Source: Phaeosaccion multiseriatum (taxonomy: Eukaryota; Protista; Ochrophyta, other classes). From it: DNA of 64,000 nt. Below are positions 26,023 through 36,607 of this stretch, piece after piece. The DNA lies in NCBI GenBank assembly GCA_965112735.1, contig OZ218954.1:2418001-2482000 (forward strand), in the 5' to 3' direction. Numbering within the stretch: the first letter of the stretch is position 1; each line of letters opens with the position of its first letter. The translations under genes were made by a program, and so were the position numbers. Below the pieces are notes generated by a model. The model was not told the DNA's origin and did not search any database. It was given only the letters and a program-made list of their open reading frames with translations.

Positions 26023-29000
26023 ATGGCAAGCTTCAAGTATGCTCCCGTGTCCACGGTACGAGAAATAAGCAAAAGCAAAAATCCTTTTCGTTGTTCCTTC
26101 CCTCACCCGCCCTGTTGCGCCACACACTCTCTCCCCCCATGATCAGGAGGAAGGGGCAGCAGGCAAACCCTCGTCCTCTGGGTCTGCTTCCAATGGACCA
26201 GGGGCCGGCTACGATGAAGACAGCGACACGATCATGACGAAACGAATGCCTTACTGTCTTGGCATGTTGGTGTTGTTGGCCATCATTTACGTGCTCAGCC
26301 GGACGGAGAGTAGTGAAGCGTGTCCACCCTGCGCCCCGCAGTCATCCTCTCCTTTGCGCGAAGCATGCCCACCTGCGACAGCGTGCCCGTCAGTCCAGCC
26401 CCCTCCAGCGGCCGCAGCAGCAGCAGCCCCGCCGAGCGAGTTTGATATCGGGGCGTATCGGCGCGAGCGCCTTGCCCAGACGCCTCCTCACATCATCGAA
26501 TGTGCAAAGGCTGAAGAGGGCGCTTCGCAGGACGCCTGCCATCTGCCACGAAGTACGCGCTATGCTGCTGTGGGGCAGAAGGGGGCTACGCTGTGGATGA
26601 CGGGTCTGTCGGGATCAGGAAAGAGCACCATTGCCATGGCCTTGGAGGAAGAGTTGGTCAGGCAGGGCAAGCACGTGTACCGTCTGGATGGCGATAACAT
26701 CCGCACTGGGCTAAATAGGGACCTCGGCTTTTCAGCAGACGATCGTGACGAGTCTGTGCGCCGAGTGGGGGAGCTTGCCTGTCTTTTCTCTGACTCTGGT
26801 GTCATTACTCTCGTGAGCTTGGTGAGCCCTTACCGCGAGGCAAGAGACGCGGTGCGGAAGCGACATGAGGAGCAGGGTATTCCCTTCTTTGAGACGTTTA
26901 TGGATGTGCCTCTTGAGACGGTGCAGTCTCGCGATCCGAAGGGGCTTTACGCCAAGGTGGAGGCGGGGGAGTTGAAGGGATTCACAGGTGTCGATGCGCC
27001 CTACGAAGCTCCCCTGAATGCAGAGATTGTGCTGCCCAACCGTGACATGACAATTGAGCAGTGTGTCGCCTCTTTATTGCGGACTCTGGAGGCGAATGGC
27101 ATTCTTTCTGGCGGTGACAGAGACTCGACGAAGCTGCCCATGCCGGATGGGGATGAGATTGTTGATCTCCACGTTGCTCCAGGAGACAAGGTGGGGAGGA
27201 TTGCAGAAGCGGCTACGCTGCCCAAGGTTCTGCTCAGCGACATTGACCTCAACTGGCTGCAGACCGTGGGAGAGGGATGGGCGAGCCCGCTCAAGGGATT
27301 CATGCGAGAAGGTGTCCTGCTGCAGACTCTCCATTTCAACTCGTACCTCGTGGACCCGCACAATGTGACGGCCAACTATGGCTTCAACGAGAAGACGACA
27401 GACTTTACGAAGATGCCAGTGACTCGGCCCCCTTCCAGGGTGTCCATGTCAGTGCCCATTGTGTTGCCCTGCACCGACTTCACCAAGGCCTCCATCGAGG
27501 GGAGCGGAAAGGAGGCCGTGGCTTTAGTCAACAAGGGGGGAGATACCGTGGCAATCTTGCGAAACCCCGAGGTTTACGCAAATCGAAAGGAGGAAATTGT
27601 GACGCGGCTGTTTGGTGTGATTGATCCTGGTCACCCTTACATTGCGCACATTTACAGCGGTGGAGACTGGCTTATTGGAGGGGAGGTGGAGCTTCTAGAC
27701 AGAATACGGTACAACGATGGGCTTGATCAGTGGCGACTTACGGCGAGGGAGGTCAGAGAGGAATTTGCCAAGAAGGGAGCTGATGTGGTGTATGCCTTTC
27801 AAACCAGAAACCCCACGCACGCTGGACACGCCTACCTCATGCGCACGGCGGGGGAGATGCTGAAGGACCAGGGCTACAAGCGCCCCGTCCTTTGGCTGTC
27901 ACCGCTCGGGGGCTGGACTAAAGAGGATGACGTGCCGCTGGATGTTCGAGTCAAGCAGCACGAAGCCGTCCTCCAGGAAGGCATGCTCGATCCGTCGTCC
28001 ACTGTCATGGCCATTTGGCCTAGTCCAATGATTTACGGGGGGCCGACAGAAGTGCAGTTTCACGCCAAGTCTCGCCGCAGTGGTGGGGCTAGTTTCTTTG
28101 TCGTGGGACGTGATCCAGCCGGTATGAAGGGAAGCGGCCTGGCCGAGGCGCATCCAGATGACGATCTCTACGACCCTCAACACGGGCGCTTCGTCTTGGC
28201 AATGTCCCCTGGTGTGGGTGACATGAAGATGCTCGACTTTCAGCAGGTGTACTACGACACGACGACCCACACCATGACGGCCAAGGACCCTTCCCGCCCC
28301 GACGATTTCATTTCCATTTCTGGCAGCAAAATGCGAGCCCTCGCCGCCCAAGGGGCACGTCCTTGCCCTTCTGAGATTCCGCTGGACCTTTTGGCTGCCA
28401 ACTGCATTCCTCCTGGCTTCATGGTGGACTCCGGGTGGGACATTGTTTGCGACTATTACCAGAACATTGACACCAAGACTTGGGTGCCGTACAGCCAGAC
28501 GGTGAAGGACCCCATTGTTGCATCGTATGCGAGCGTGAACCCGGGCACGGCCTTCGGCACGAGCGAGTTTGCCCTCCTTCTCAAGGACCCCACTTCTGGT
28601 TCAACCATCAGCCCGTGGCACGACATTCCTCTGCAGTCGTCAAGCGAGCAGGGCATGTACAACTTTGTGGTGGAGATTCCAATGTACCAGACTGCCAAGA
28701 TGGAAGTGGCAAAAGACATTGCGGGTAATCCCATTATGCAAGACGAGAGCAATGGAAAGCCCCGGTACTACCACTACGGCGTGCCCTTCTTCAATTACGG
28801 CCTTCTTCCGCAGACCTGGGAGGACCCCAATGTGAAGGACAGCGCAGGGCACGGAGGTGACAACGATCCCATCGACGTGATTGAGATTGGAGTTGACCCT
28901 CTACCCATGGGCACTGTCACCCCCGTCAAGGTGCTGGGGTCTCTCGAGCTCATTGACGAGGGAGAGACGGACTTCAAAATCATTGCCATCCGAACTTCGG

Positions 29001-29266
29001 ACCCCCTGGCCGCCAAGCTTCGAAACATGCAGGACGTGGAGCAGCACAAGCCGGGCACACTGGCCAGCATTGTTGATTGGCTCAAGAACTACAAGACAGC
29101 TGAGGGGAAAGGCGTCAACATATTGGCATCTGAAACCCCTTCTTCAAGCGAGGAGGCGGAGCAAGTCATTGGGCAGACGCACGAGCGTTGGCAGCAGCTC
29201 ACCGCCGGACAAGCCACGCATGATTCCTCGTTCTGGTTGGGGGCCAACGCCGACCACCCCTGGTGA
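26023..29266 (+). CDS. APS kinase - ATP sulfurylase - inorganic pyrophosphatase triple fusion (PAPS synthase) with N-terminal membrane anchor
   Basis: APSK GLSGSGKST and LDGDNIR. ATPS QTRNPTHAGH and VGRDPAG. PPase SPWHDIPL, NYGLLPQTWEDP, GDNDPIDV and DEGETDFK. Inferred exon 1 26023-26055 (MASFKYAPVST) and intron 26056-26146 are in frame with ORF 26234-29266. Confidence 0.95.
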
Positions 29267-29635
29267 AGAAGTGAAGCATGGCCCCTTTCTTGGAGAGGGG
29301 GTTCGCAGAGCATGGTGCATGCCACTTCCAGGCCTCCCCCCGTGAGGTTGTGATGCTGCCAGGCAGGGCAGCAGGGCGCAGGGCATGTGGAACAACAGTT
29401 GACCACACGAACCCTCCACCTGCACCACCACCACAGCCCAGCCGCCGCCGCCGCCGCTACTGCTGATGGAGAGTTGCGGCGGGTGAGCGAATCGCAATTT
29501 GAGAAGGGGTAGTGGTATGACTCGGTGAATCCGGCATTCTTGAATACAGAAGCGAAACAGCTTTAGTCATCATCTCTCACATACTCCAGAAGCATCACCT
29601 GCTAGTGTCCGCTTCTCCTCTAGTCTTCGTCTCGC

Positions 29636-29810
29636 TCGGCCCCTGACACGCCACTGAGCTCGCGCGCTATCCCTGGCGTCAGTCGGCGTGGGTGATGACA
29701 AGCATATGGGCAGGGCAGGGCAGAACCGGCGCTTGTCGGCAGGCTTTTAGGTTTGTTTTGGCTCGATAGCATAGCTACTGAGCAACATGCAACAGCGTGT
29801 CAGGGGTCGA
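29636..29810. mobile_element. MITE, variant TIR TCG(G/A)CCCCTGACACGC
   Basis: TCGGCCCCTGACACGC ... GCGTGTCAGGGGTCGA inverted ends. Interior is related (inverted) to 33945-34173. Confidence 0.7.
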
Positions 29811-29987
29811 TCTTGCCGCTCTCTCTTCCCTCTCCTCCCCTACCCACCCCCCCCCCTCCCTCTTCCCGCCAAGATTCAGTTTAAGTTTGTTCGCCCCCAA
29901 CTGAGGGCAACATAACCTCCAAAAAAACATTCCAAATGAAAACCCCCTCTCCTACTCCTATAATGTCACAACGAGAGAGCGCGAGGG

Positions 29988-32900
29988 ATGGAGCGATGGA
30001 CTCTATCCTTGTGTGCTGTCGTGTTCGCCACGCGACTAGGGTATGTGGCCCCGGCGACCAACACTCCTCCCACAGCACTTAACTCCAGCACCACGGTCTT
30101 CGCCGGAGAAAGCACTAATATAGTGTCATTTACGGGGGTCGATGTGGACGAGGGTGACTACATCAGCTCGGTTCGACTGGTCAAAGCCCCAACAAAAGGG
30201 TTTCTTTTCCAGGTAGATCCAGACGGAAGCATTACAGCTGATACCATAGCAGACGGAGATCTTCTCCGTACGCTGTACGCATCATATGTGGCTTGGAGTG
30301 GGCAATTGAACGCTTTGGAAGAAAGGTGCGTAGCACTAGAAGGGAAGGGGGGGTGTAGTAGACTCATCTTAAAGTCTGACTCCTCTTGCTTCTTGGTTGG
30401 TGTCCTGTGTGTCCAGTGTCATTGATACAGACCTTTTGGTCTTTCGCGCCCTGGATGTGAGCGGAGCGGAGTCGGCGGCGGGGTTTATTGAACTTGATAT
30501 CCTGGGTCCCAACGCATTCCCCCAGAGGGTTGCAGAACCCGCGTTCTTCTTTGAATTTCCAGAAAGTGAGTGCGGGGTGGGCAAGCTCCACAACAGTGGG
30601 CTGGGCTGGTTCGGAGATCTCACTGTAAATGCTGAGGGAGTAAGCTGTCCTGACAGCCTCGGGGTCGTTTCAACCGGCAACCCGCAAAATGCGACGCGGC
30701 TTTCTTCGACCCTTTCTGCAACAGACATGAATGAGCGAGTGCGAGAGAGTGACTTTGAGGGCTTCAGTTTGGAATTTTGGCTGCAGCACAATGACCTGGA
30801 AGAGGATTCGACACACGACTACAGCCTGATGAGTGTGAGCAATCCAAACATCGCCTCAGAGAAGTGGCGGGACTGCGCAGAAAATTCGAATTTCGAGCTT
30901 CGACGGAGGGAGAATCGCTATTACTTCATGCTACGGGGTGGGGACAAGACATGCGAGGCCCAAGAGTTCTCGTTTGATATCCTTGAAGGTGTTCCTTACC
31001 ATGTCGTGATCATTGTTGACATTTCAGAATTTTTTTGGGGCTTTAGAATGTTGAGCCTCATCCTCTACGTCAATGGCGTGAAGGAGGAGCAAAGGTGGAT
31101 TGCATCCATTAGCAAGTCCGATACTGTAGATGCGTGGGCAGACCGGTGGCGTGACGACTACGTCCTGAACATCATGAGTCGCGGCGGTAGCGATGGGGAG
31201 TACTTTTACAACATCCTCGAGAGAGAGGTCGTGCCGTGGTCGGGAGTGCTGTTTTTGGCTGCCATGTACGCCAGACCGCTATCATTTCCGGAGGTCAGCC
31301 AGAACCTGGTAGCAGGTCTGCCCAACAGCCGGCCTGTGCCGCTGGATGCTTCCGTTGTACTGAACGAAGATGGAGAGAGCGGAGATCATTACAGCACACC
31401 GAGCTTTTACCTGCAGCCTGTGCCCTTTGGTGATCTATCCAACTTCAGTGTCTCAGTAGTGGACGCAGACGAAGACCCCGCCTTTCCGGGCTATACTGCT
31501 AACGCAGCTGCGCCGGAGCTATGGGTGGCCTCGCTCCCAACGAGAGGCCAATTGCTGGACAGCAGTGGCTACAGCATCTCTTCTGCACCCCACAAGCTCC
31601 AGGCGGAGGTGGGAAACAGCTCCACCAACACGTTCTCCCTCATGTACCGGCCCGAGAAGGACGAAAGCAGCGGGGAGACTCAAGCCTATGCGAGGTGAGA
31701 CCGTGTGGGGAATACTAATCTATTCCAAAAGGACTAACCAAACCCTCTTGCGCTTCCGCATTCAGCTTTCGTTGTTTTGCGGTAGATGGAGTGACTGGAT
31801 TGCGGAGCACATCCAACAACACCGTCGTGATTCACGTTCTTGCAAAGAACGACCCTCCCACGGCGATCAACTCGAACGCCACGGTCTTTGGGAACCGTGC
31901 CAGCATCATTTCCTTCACGGGGTATGACATTGACGAGGGTGACTACGTTAGCTCGGTCCGCCTAGTGACGCCTCCCTCCCGAGGCGAGCTTTACCAGGTG
32001 CACGAAGATGGGAGCGTTTCGTCTGACGTGTTGGAGGCAGGAAACCTTCTGTGGACCCTTGAGGCCGCGTATGTGTATACCGCAGGAGCTTCCAGCACCA
32101 GTGAACAAGGGTGAGTATTCTTTGGTCTTTTGGGGGGGGGCGATGTTTCTTTCTTCCTTGAGCGTCTCCAACCCCTCCCCCTTTTCCTCGAAACTCGTTC
32201 AATCTGTCCCCTCACCTTGCCACGATAACCAGTCTGCTGGACACGGACAGTCTAGCCTTCACCGCCCTGGACGTCAGCGGGGCGGAGTCGCTCTTGGGCG
32301 TGATTGACATTACAGCGTACAGCAGCGTGGTAGCGACTATTGCGAGCGACATCCCCGGTGACACGTCGTGGAAGGTTTCGGAGGACCAGGCCAGCCTGGT
32401 GAATCTCTATGCAGTAGACCTGAGCGATGAGGCCCTCGACATTCAGTTTGTCATCTCTTCTACTCCTAGCTGTGGCACTCTGCGCGACCCTTCCACCCAA
32501 AGGGCACTTGCCGTCGGCGATGCATTGCTTGAGAATGCAGAGAGCCCCTATGCCAGCGCGGTTCAAGTGATCTACGAGCCTTCCCAAGGTAGGAAGAAGC
32601 AACTCTCAAAGCAAGTCCAACTCGACTTGTCTAATGCTCTCTGGTCCCTGTCGTTCGTCGTGGCCGCAGACTTCTTTTCCGTGCCCAACGTTGCTTGGGA
32701 CGGCAGTCAGCTTGCCAATGCCACCGACGACAGCTTCAGCTTCTTCGCTGCTGTCGCGGGCAATGCCGCTTACCGGAGCGTAGAAGTAACGCAAGGCCTG
32801 GAAGTGGGAAACGTGAACGATGCTGTTCACTTGGCCTGCCCCACAGGTCCGTTTACAGTATCTCCCTTGGGCAGCAGTGGGACGACAAGTGTGTCAAGTG

Positions 32901-33881
32901 CTGGCTCCCTGGATGAGGTTGCAATCCAAGGCTTCGAGCTGGTGGACCAGGATCGAGGCGTGGACGTTTCCCGCTTTCGCATCTCCTCTCACTATGGACT
33001 GCTCACGTGAGTACCCATTGGTCAGTAGGACCATTGCGTAGTAGCCTCACTAGTAGCATCCCGTACGCGACTAATTTGAGTGTCCCTGTTTGTTCCACAA
33101 GGCTTTTCCGTGGAGTGGAGAGTCTGGATTTCAACAGCAACGACTTTTGCTTCCGACAATCCTCCTGGGCGTGCGAGGGCAGCGGGACGAATGACCAGGA
33201 TATGACGTTCGTCGCAGTCCCGGAGGATGCCCTGGTTGCTCTGAACAGTCTGCGATATCAGGTGAAGAGCAAAGAAGTATCATGTGGGCGGGGAACAGCA
33301 AGTAACCTTGCTGTGTATCGTCCTCCTCTTCGCTCCGGTCTCAGAGTCAAAACCCCAGCGTTGAGGACGTGGTCACCGTCCTTGTGTTCGACGGAGCCAA
33401 TGGAGAGTGTATCGATGAAGAGTTTCTGTCCCCGGACACTACTCGATCGGAGTGCTGGGCTGTGGAGTGCTCCTTCAACGTGTCGGTTGGAGGTCATGTC
33501 GTCGACCAAGCGCCACGGGACACAGAGAGTGAAGGGGAGACAAGGACCTTTTTCGGTGTCGATTTACCGCTGGAAGCTTGGTTGGCTGTCGCTACCGGGG
33601 CAGCAGTGTGTTCTCTCTGCGTTGTGGTACGGTCCTTGATCCTTCTACGCAATATGTGTTGCCCCCGTGACGGGGGAGAAGATGAAGAAGATGAACAATA
33701 TTTCGCTCCAAAGAAGAGAAAGAGAAAGAGAAAGAGACGAGGAAGAGAAGGCCGTGTCAGTGAAACGTGGTATGAGGACCTTGAGCGTTCGGATCGGGGA
33801 CTCCTCGAGAGAGATCAACGGCGTAAGAGACATCAACGCCGTCAACGCCGGCAGAATACACGCGAATGCTATAGGGCGTAG
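29988..33881 (+). CDS. Type I membrane protein B: signal peptide, extra cadherin-like repeat, LamG-like domain, cadherin/Ig-like repeats, TM, basic tail
   Basis: MERWTLSLCAVVFATRLGYVAPA signal. NTPPTA repeat. FSLEFWL...HVVII...LYVNG...AMYARPLSFPEVSQNLVAG. Core shared with gene A. TM AWLAVATGAAVCSLCVVV. Tail PKKRKRKRKRR. Confidence 0.8.
31311..33489 (+). repeat. Right arm of 2179-bp inverted repeat (pairs with 14887-17065)
   Basis: Reverse-complement identity from AGCAGGTCTGCCCAAC to GTGTCGGTTG. Confidence 0.97.
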
Positions 33882-33944
33882 GCTCGGCTCTGATGGATGA
33901 CTTTAACACCACGAATACATGGCCCTTTGTAGATAAGCTTTTGA

Positions 33945-34173
33945 AAGCGGGATATTGCCCGATAGCTACGGCAATGGACCGGTCGCCCCCACTTGCTGAT
34001 AGCGCGCCGGCCCTGCCTTAGCTTCGATGCCCATATGCCTGTCACCAGCCACCCTGCCCTGCCAAGGGGGGGGGGGGGTAAATAGCTGGTAGCGGGCCGG
34101 CAGACACTGGCAATAGTTGATAGCTTGCCGGCTGACGCCGGCGATGGCGATAGCTCAATAGCGTCAGGGTCGA
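33945..34173. mobile_element. Truncated MITE ending in GCGTCAGGGTCGA
   Basis: Right TIR plus GATAGC/GCCGGCTGACGCCGGCG subrepeats. Left boundary approximate. Confidence 0.6.
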
Positions 34174-34479
34174 CCTCTGACGTGCTATCGAGCGATTCTC
34201 GGTAGCATGCTACCGGGCCCTCCAGACCCGGTAGCACGATACTGGCGGCCGGCCGGTAGCAGGTAGCACACCAGCTTACGTCGGCGGTAGCAGGTAGCAG
34301 GTAGCAGCTAGGTCACGCCGGCGGTGGCAGCTGATGATTTGCCGGCCGGTCGGCCGGTAGCAGGTCAAGGCCGGCTGACGCCGGCGGTGGCAGGAAGCAC
34401 GCCAGCTGGCGCCGGGGGAAGCAGGTAGCACGTTGGCTGACGCCGGCGGTAGCAGGTAGCAGGTAGTACGTCAGGGGGG
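34170..34479. mobile_element. MITE of the TCGA-CC family, sharing a TCGA with the preceding element
   Basis: TCGACCTCTGACGTGCTATC ... GTAGTACGTCAGGGG. Inverted homolog of 36048-36289. Confidence 0.75.
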
Positions 34480-34522
34480 ATATTTATTGACTTCATAGTA
34501 ATCACCCAAGAAAGGGCGGGGG

Positions 34523-34552
34523 GTGTGCGTGTATGTGCGTGTGTGTGGGTGT

Positions 34553-34587
<35 letters not shown>
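34523..34587. repeat. Imperfect (GT)n microsatellite
   Basis: Direct inspection. Confidence 0.85.
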
Positions 34588-34590
<3 letters not shown>

Positions 34591-35002
34591 TTTTTCCGCG
34601 TGTGCATGTGTCTCTGTGTCTTGGGGGCCCTCGAGGGGCCGGTTACTCCCCCTCTTGGTCGGGTAGGGGAGGTGCAGTGCAGTGCAGTGCATCGTGGTTG
34701 ATATATAACACCCTTAAGTGCCATCTATGATTGGGGAAAAGGATCGTGGTTGAGCCGACCACCAGGGTTTTGTGAAAGAGTTGGTGCTTCAACCTGTGAT
34801 TTTTTCCGTTTCACCAAAAAATTTAACCTTGTGAAATATCTTGAACGTGTTCGAGCTCTACGTGCTTGGAGGGTCCTTACAGCCTCGACTGTGAACTCTA
34901 ATAGGAGAAGGCCTTAAGCTTTTTGCGCCCCGGGGGGAGAGGAGGGAAGCATTTGTGGTAGGGGAGGTTCGGTTCGCACCCACGTTGGCGGACCTTTCCC
35001 TC

Positions 35003-35858
35003 ATGGCAACGTTAAACGCTCTAACGAGGTAATGTAGATATCATTCAAGGTCTCCATGCTGCAGCTGATCACCCCTCCCCCTCCACTACCCGTACTTATA
35101 CCTGGTGATGCGCACTGAAGGAATCTCGTCCGCGATGCGCGCACCCGGCCTGCCGGACAAACGTCTGACAAAAGACAGGCTGAGGACGGACAAACAACCG
35201 AGCATGCGTCGCATTTTTACATCATGATAACAGGTCAATTGGAGTGTGGAGAGTTTGCAGGTCGAGACAATCTCTACTGTCGCTACACGTTCAGTTTTGG
35301 CAACGATTGGCAAATTGCTCATGGTCTTGACGCAGGTAAATCGACACCCTGTTTAGCTGTTCCCGCCGCACCTATCTTACCTCAGCTAACGGCAACATCC
35401 CATGATCAGGTCTGAGCCAAATTGCTCGGAAAGTGAATGGCTACGATCAACGGGTGGTGTGGAACTTCCCCATTGATCTAACATTCAAGACTACCAACGC
35501 TTTTGGCTGGCCTCGCATAGCGATCAGCGTCTTCTGTGTGGATGCCGTGGGAAGAGATACAATCGTTGGGTATGGCTCTGTTCTGATTCCAACGGTATCT
35601 GGGGTGTACGAGCGCACGGTACATATGTATGCCCCTCAGACTTCATCGGTCCTCCAACGGATCCGGTCGTGGATTGCCGGTGCTTATCCGGAATTTTTTG
35701 ACTCCAAGTTTGTAGCACGCAGTGAGGGGCGTGAAGTGACCAGAGTGAGGCGCACGGGAACAGTACGGGTGACACTCAGCGTGACTGGTCGAGACATTGT
35801 AGCTTTTGGATACAATCGCACTCAACCGAGCTCGCTTTCGAGGATAGGGGATTCTTGA
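35003..35858 (+). CDS. B9D1: B9 domain-containing protein 1 (ciliary transition zone, MKS module)
   Basis: FYIMITGQLE, NLYCRYTFSFGNDW, GLSQIA, VWNFPIDLTFKTTNAFGWPRI, GRDTIVGYG and PEFFDSKFVARSEGREVTRV. Introns at about 35029-35120 and 35336-35409. Confidence 0.92.
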
Positions 35859-36047
35859 TCCGTGGCGTTTCCTGTCACTCAATTGTGCGTGGCGTTTGTT
35901 TCTATTGGGCCAGGAGGATGGCTAGCTAGTGGCCTTCCACATGTGTGCGTGTTTCCTCTAGGGAAAAAGAGCCTAAAGAGCTAAGGAAGGTCTCGGGGTG
36001 TAAAGACGGACAATTGGTATTCGCCCTTGCTCGTAGGGGTTATAGAA

Positions 36048-36289
36048 TCGACCCCTGACGTGCTACCTGCTACCGCCAGTGCCAGCCGGTATGCCATCTG
36101 CTACCGCCGGCGTCAGCCGGCCTTGACCTGCTACCGGCCGACCGGCCGGCTGGCCAACCATCAGCTGCCACCGCCGGCGTGAGCAAGCTGCTACCTGCTA
36201 CCGCCCGCGTCAGCTGGTGTGGTACCTACTACCGGCCGGCCGCCAGTATCGTGCTACCGAGAATCGCTCGGTAGCACGTCAGGGTTCGA
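36048..36289. mobile_element. MITE of the TCGA-CC family, full length
   Basis: TCGACCCCTGACGTGCTACC ... GGTAGCACGTCAGGGTTCGA. Confidence 0.8.
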
Positions 36290-36607
36290 ACAGAAGGCTT
36301 TAAGGGGGAAATGACTCCACTAATCTAATCCACCACTACTTGGGACGCGATAAGGGGAACACCCCGTTCGACTTAGTACTGGAGATGGGGGGGGGGGAGG
36401 AGGGTGTACATGGGTAACAAGCCAGATCCCCAACACCCTTACGCATTTGTCTACATAAGCATATATCCAGGGGAATGTGGGCCCTATTTTGAACTGCTCT
36501 GGGGTCCCGCCTCCGCCCTCAAGGTCATGGCTACTGCTTCCGCTACAGGGAATGCAGGGCCGAAATGGCCGGAGAAGTTGATCACCAAGAGGGTTATGCT
36601 CTTTCTC

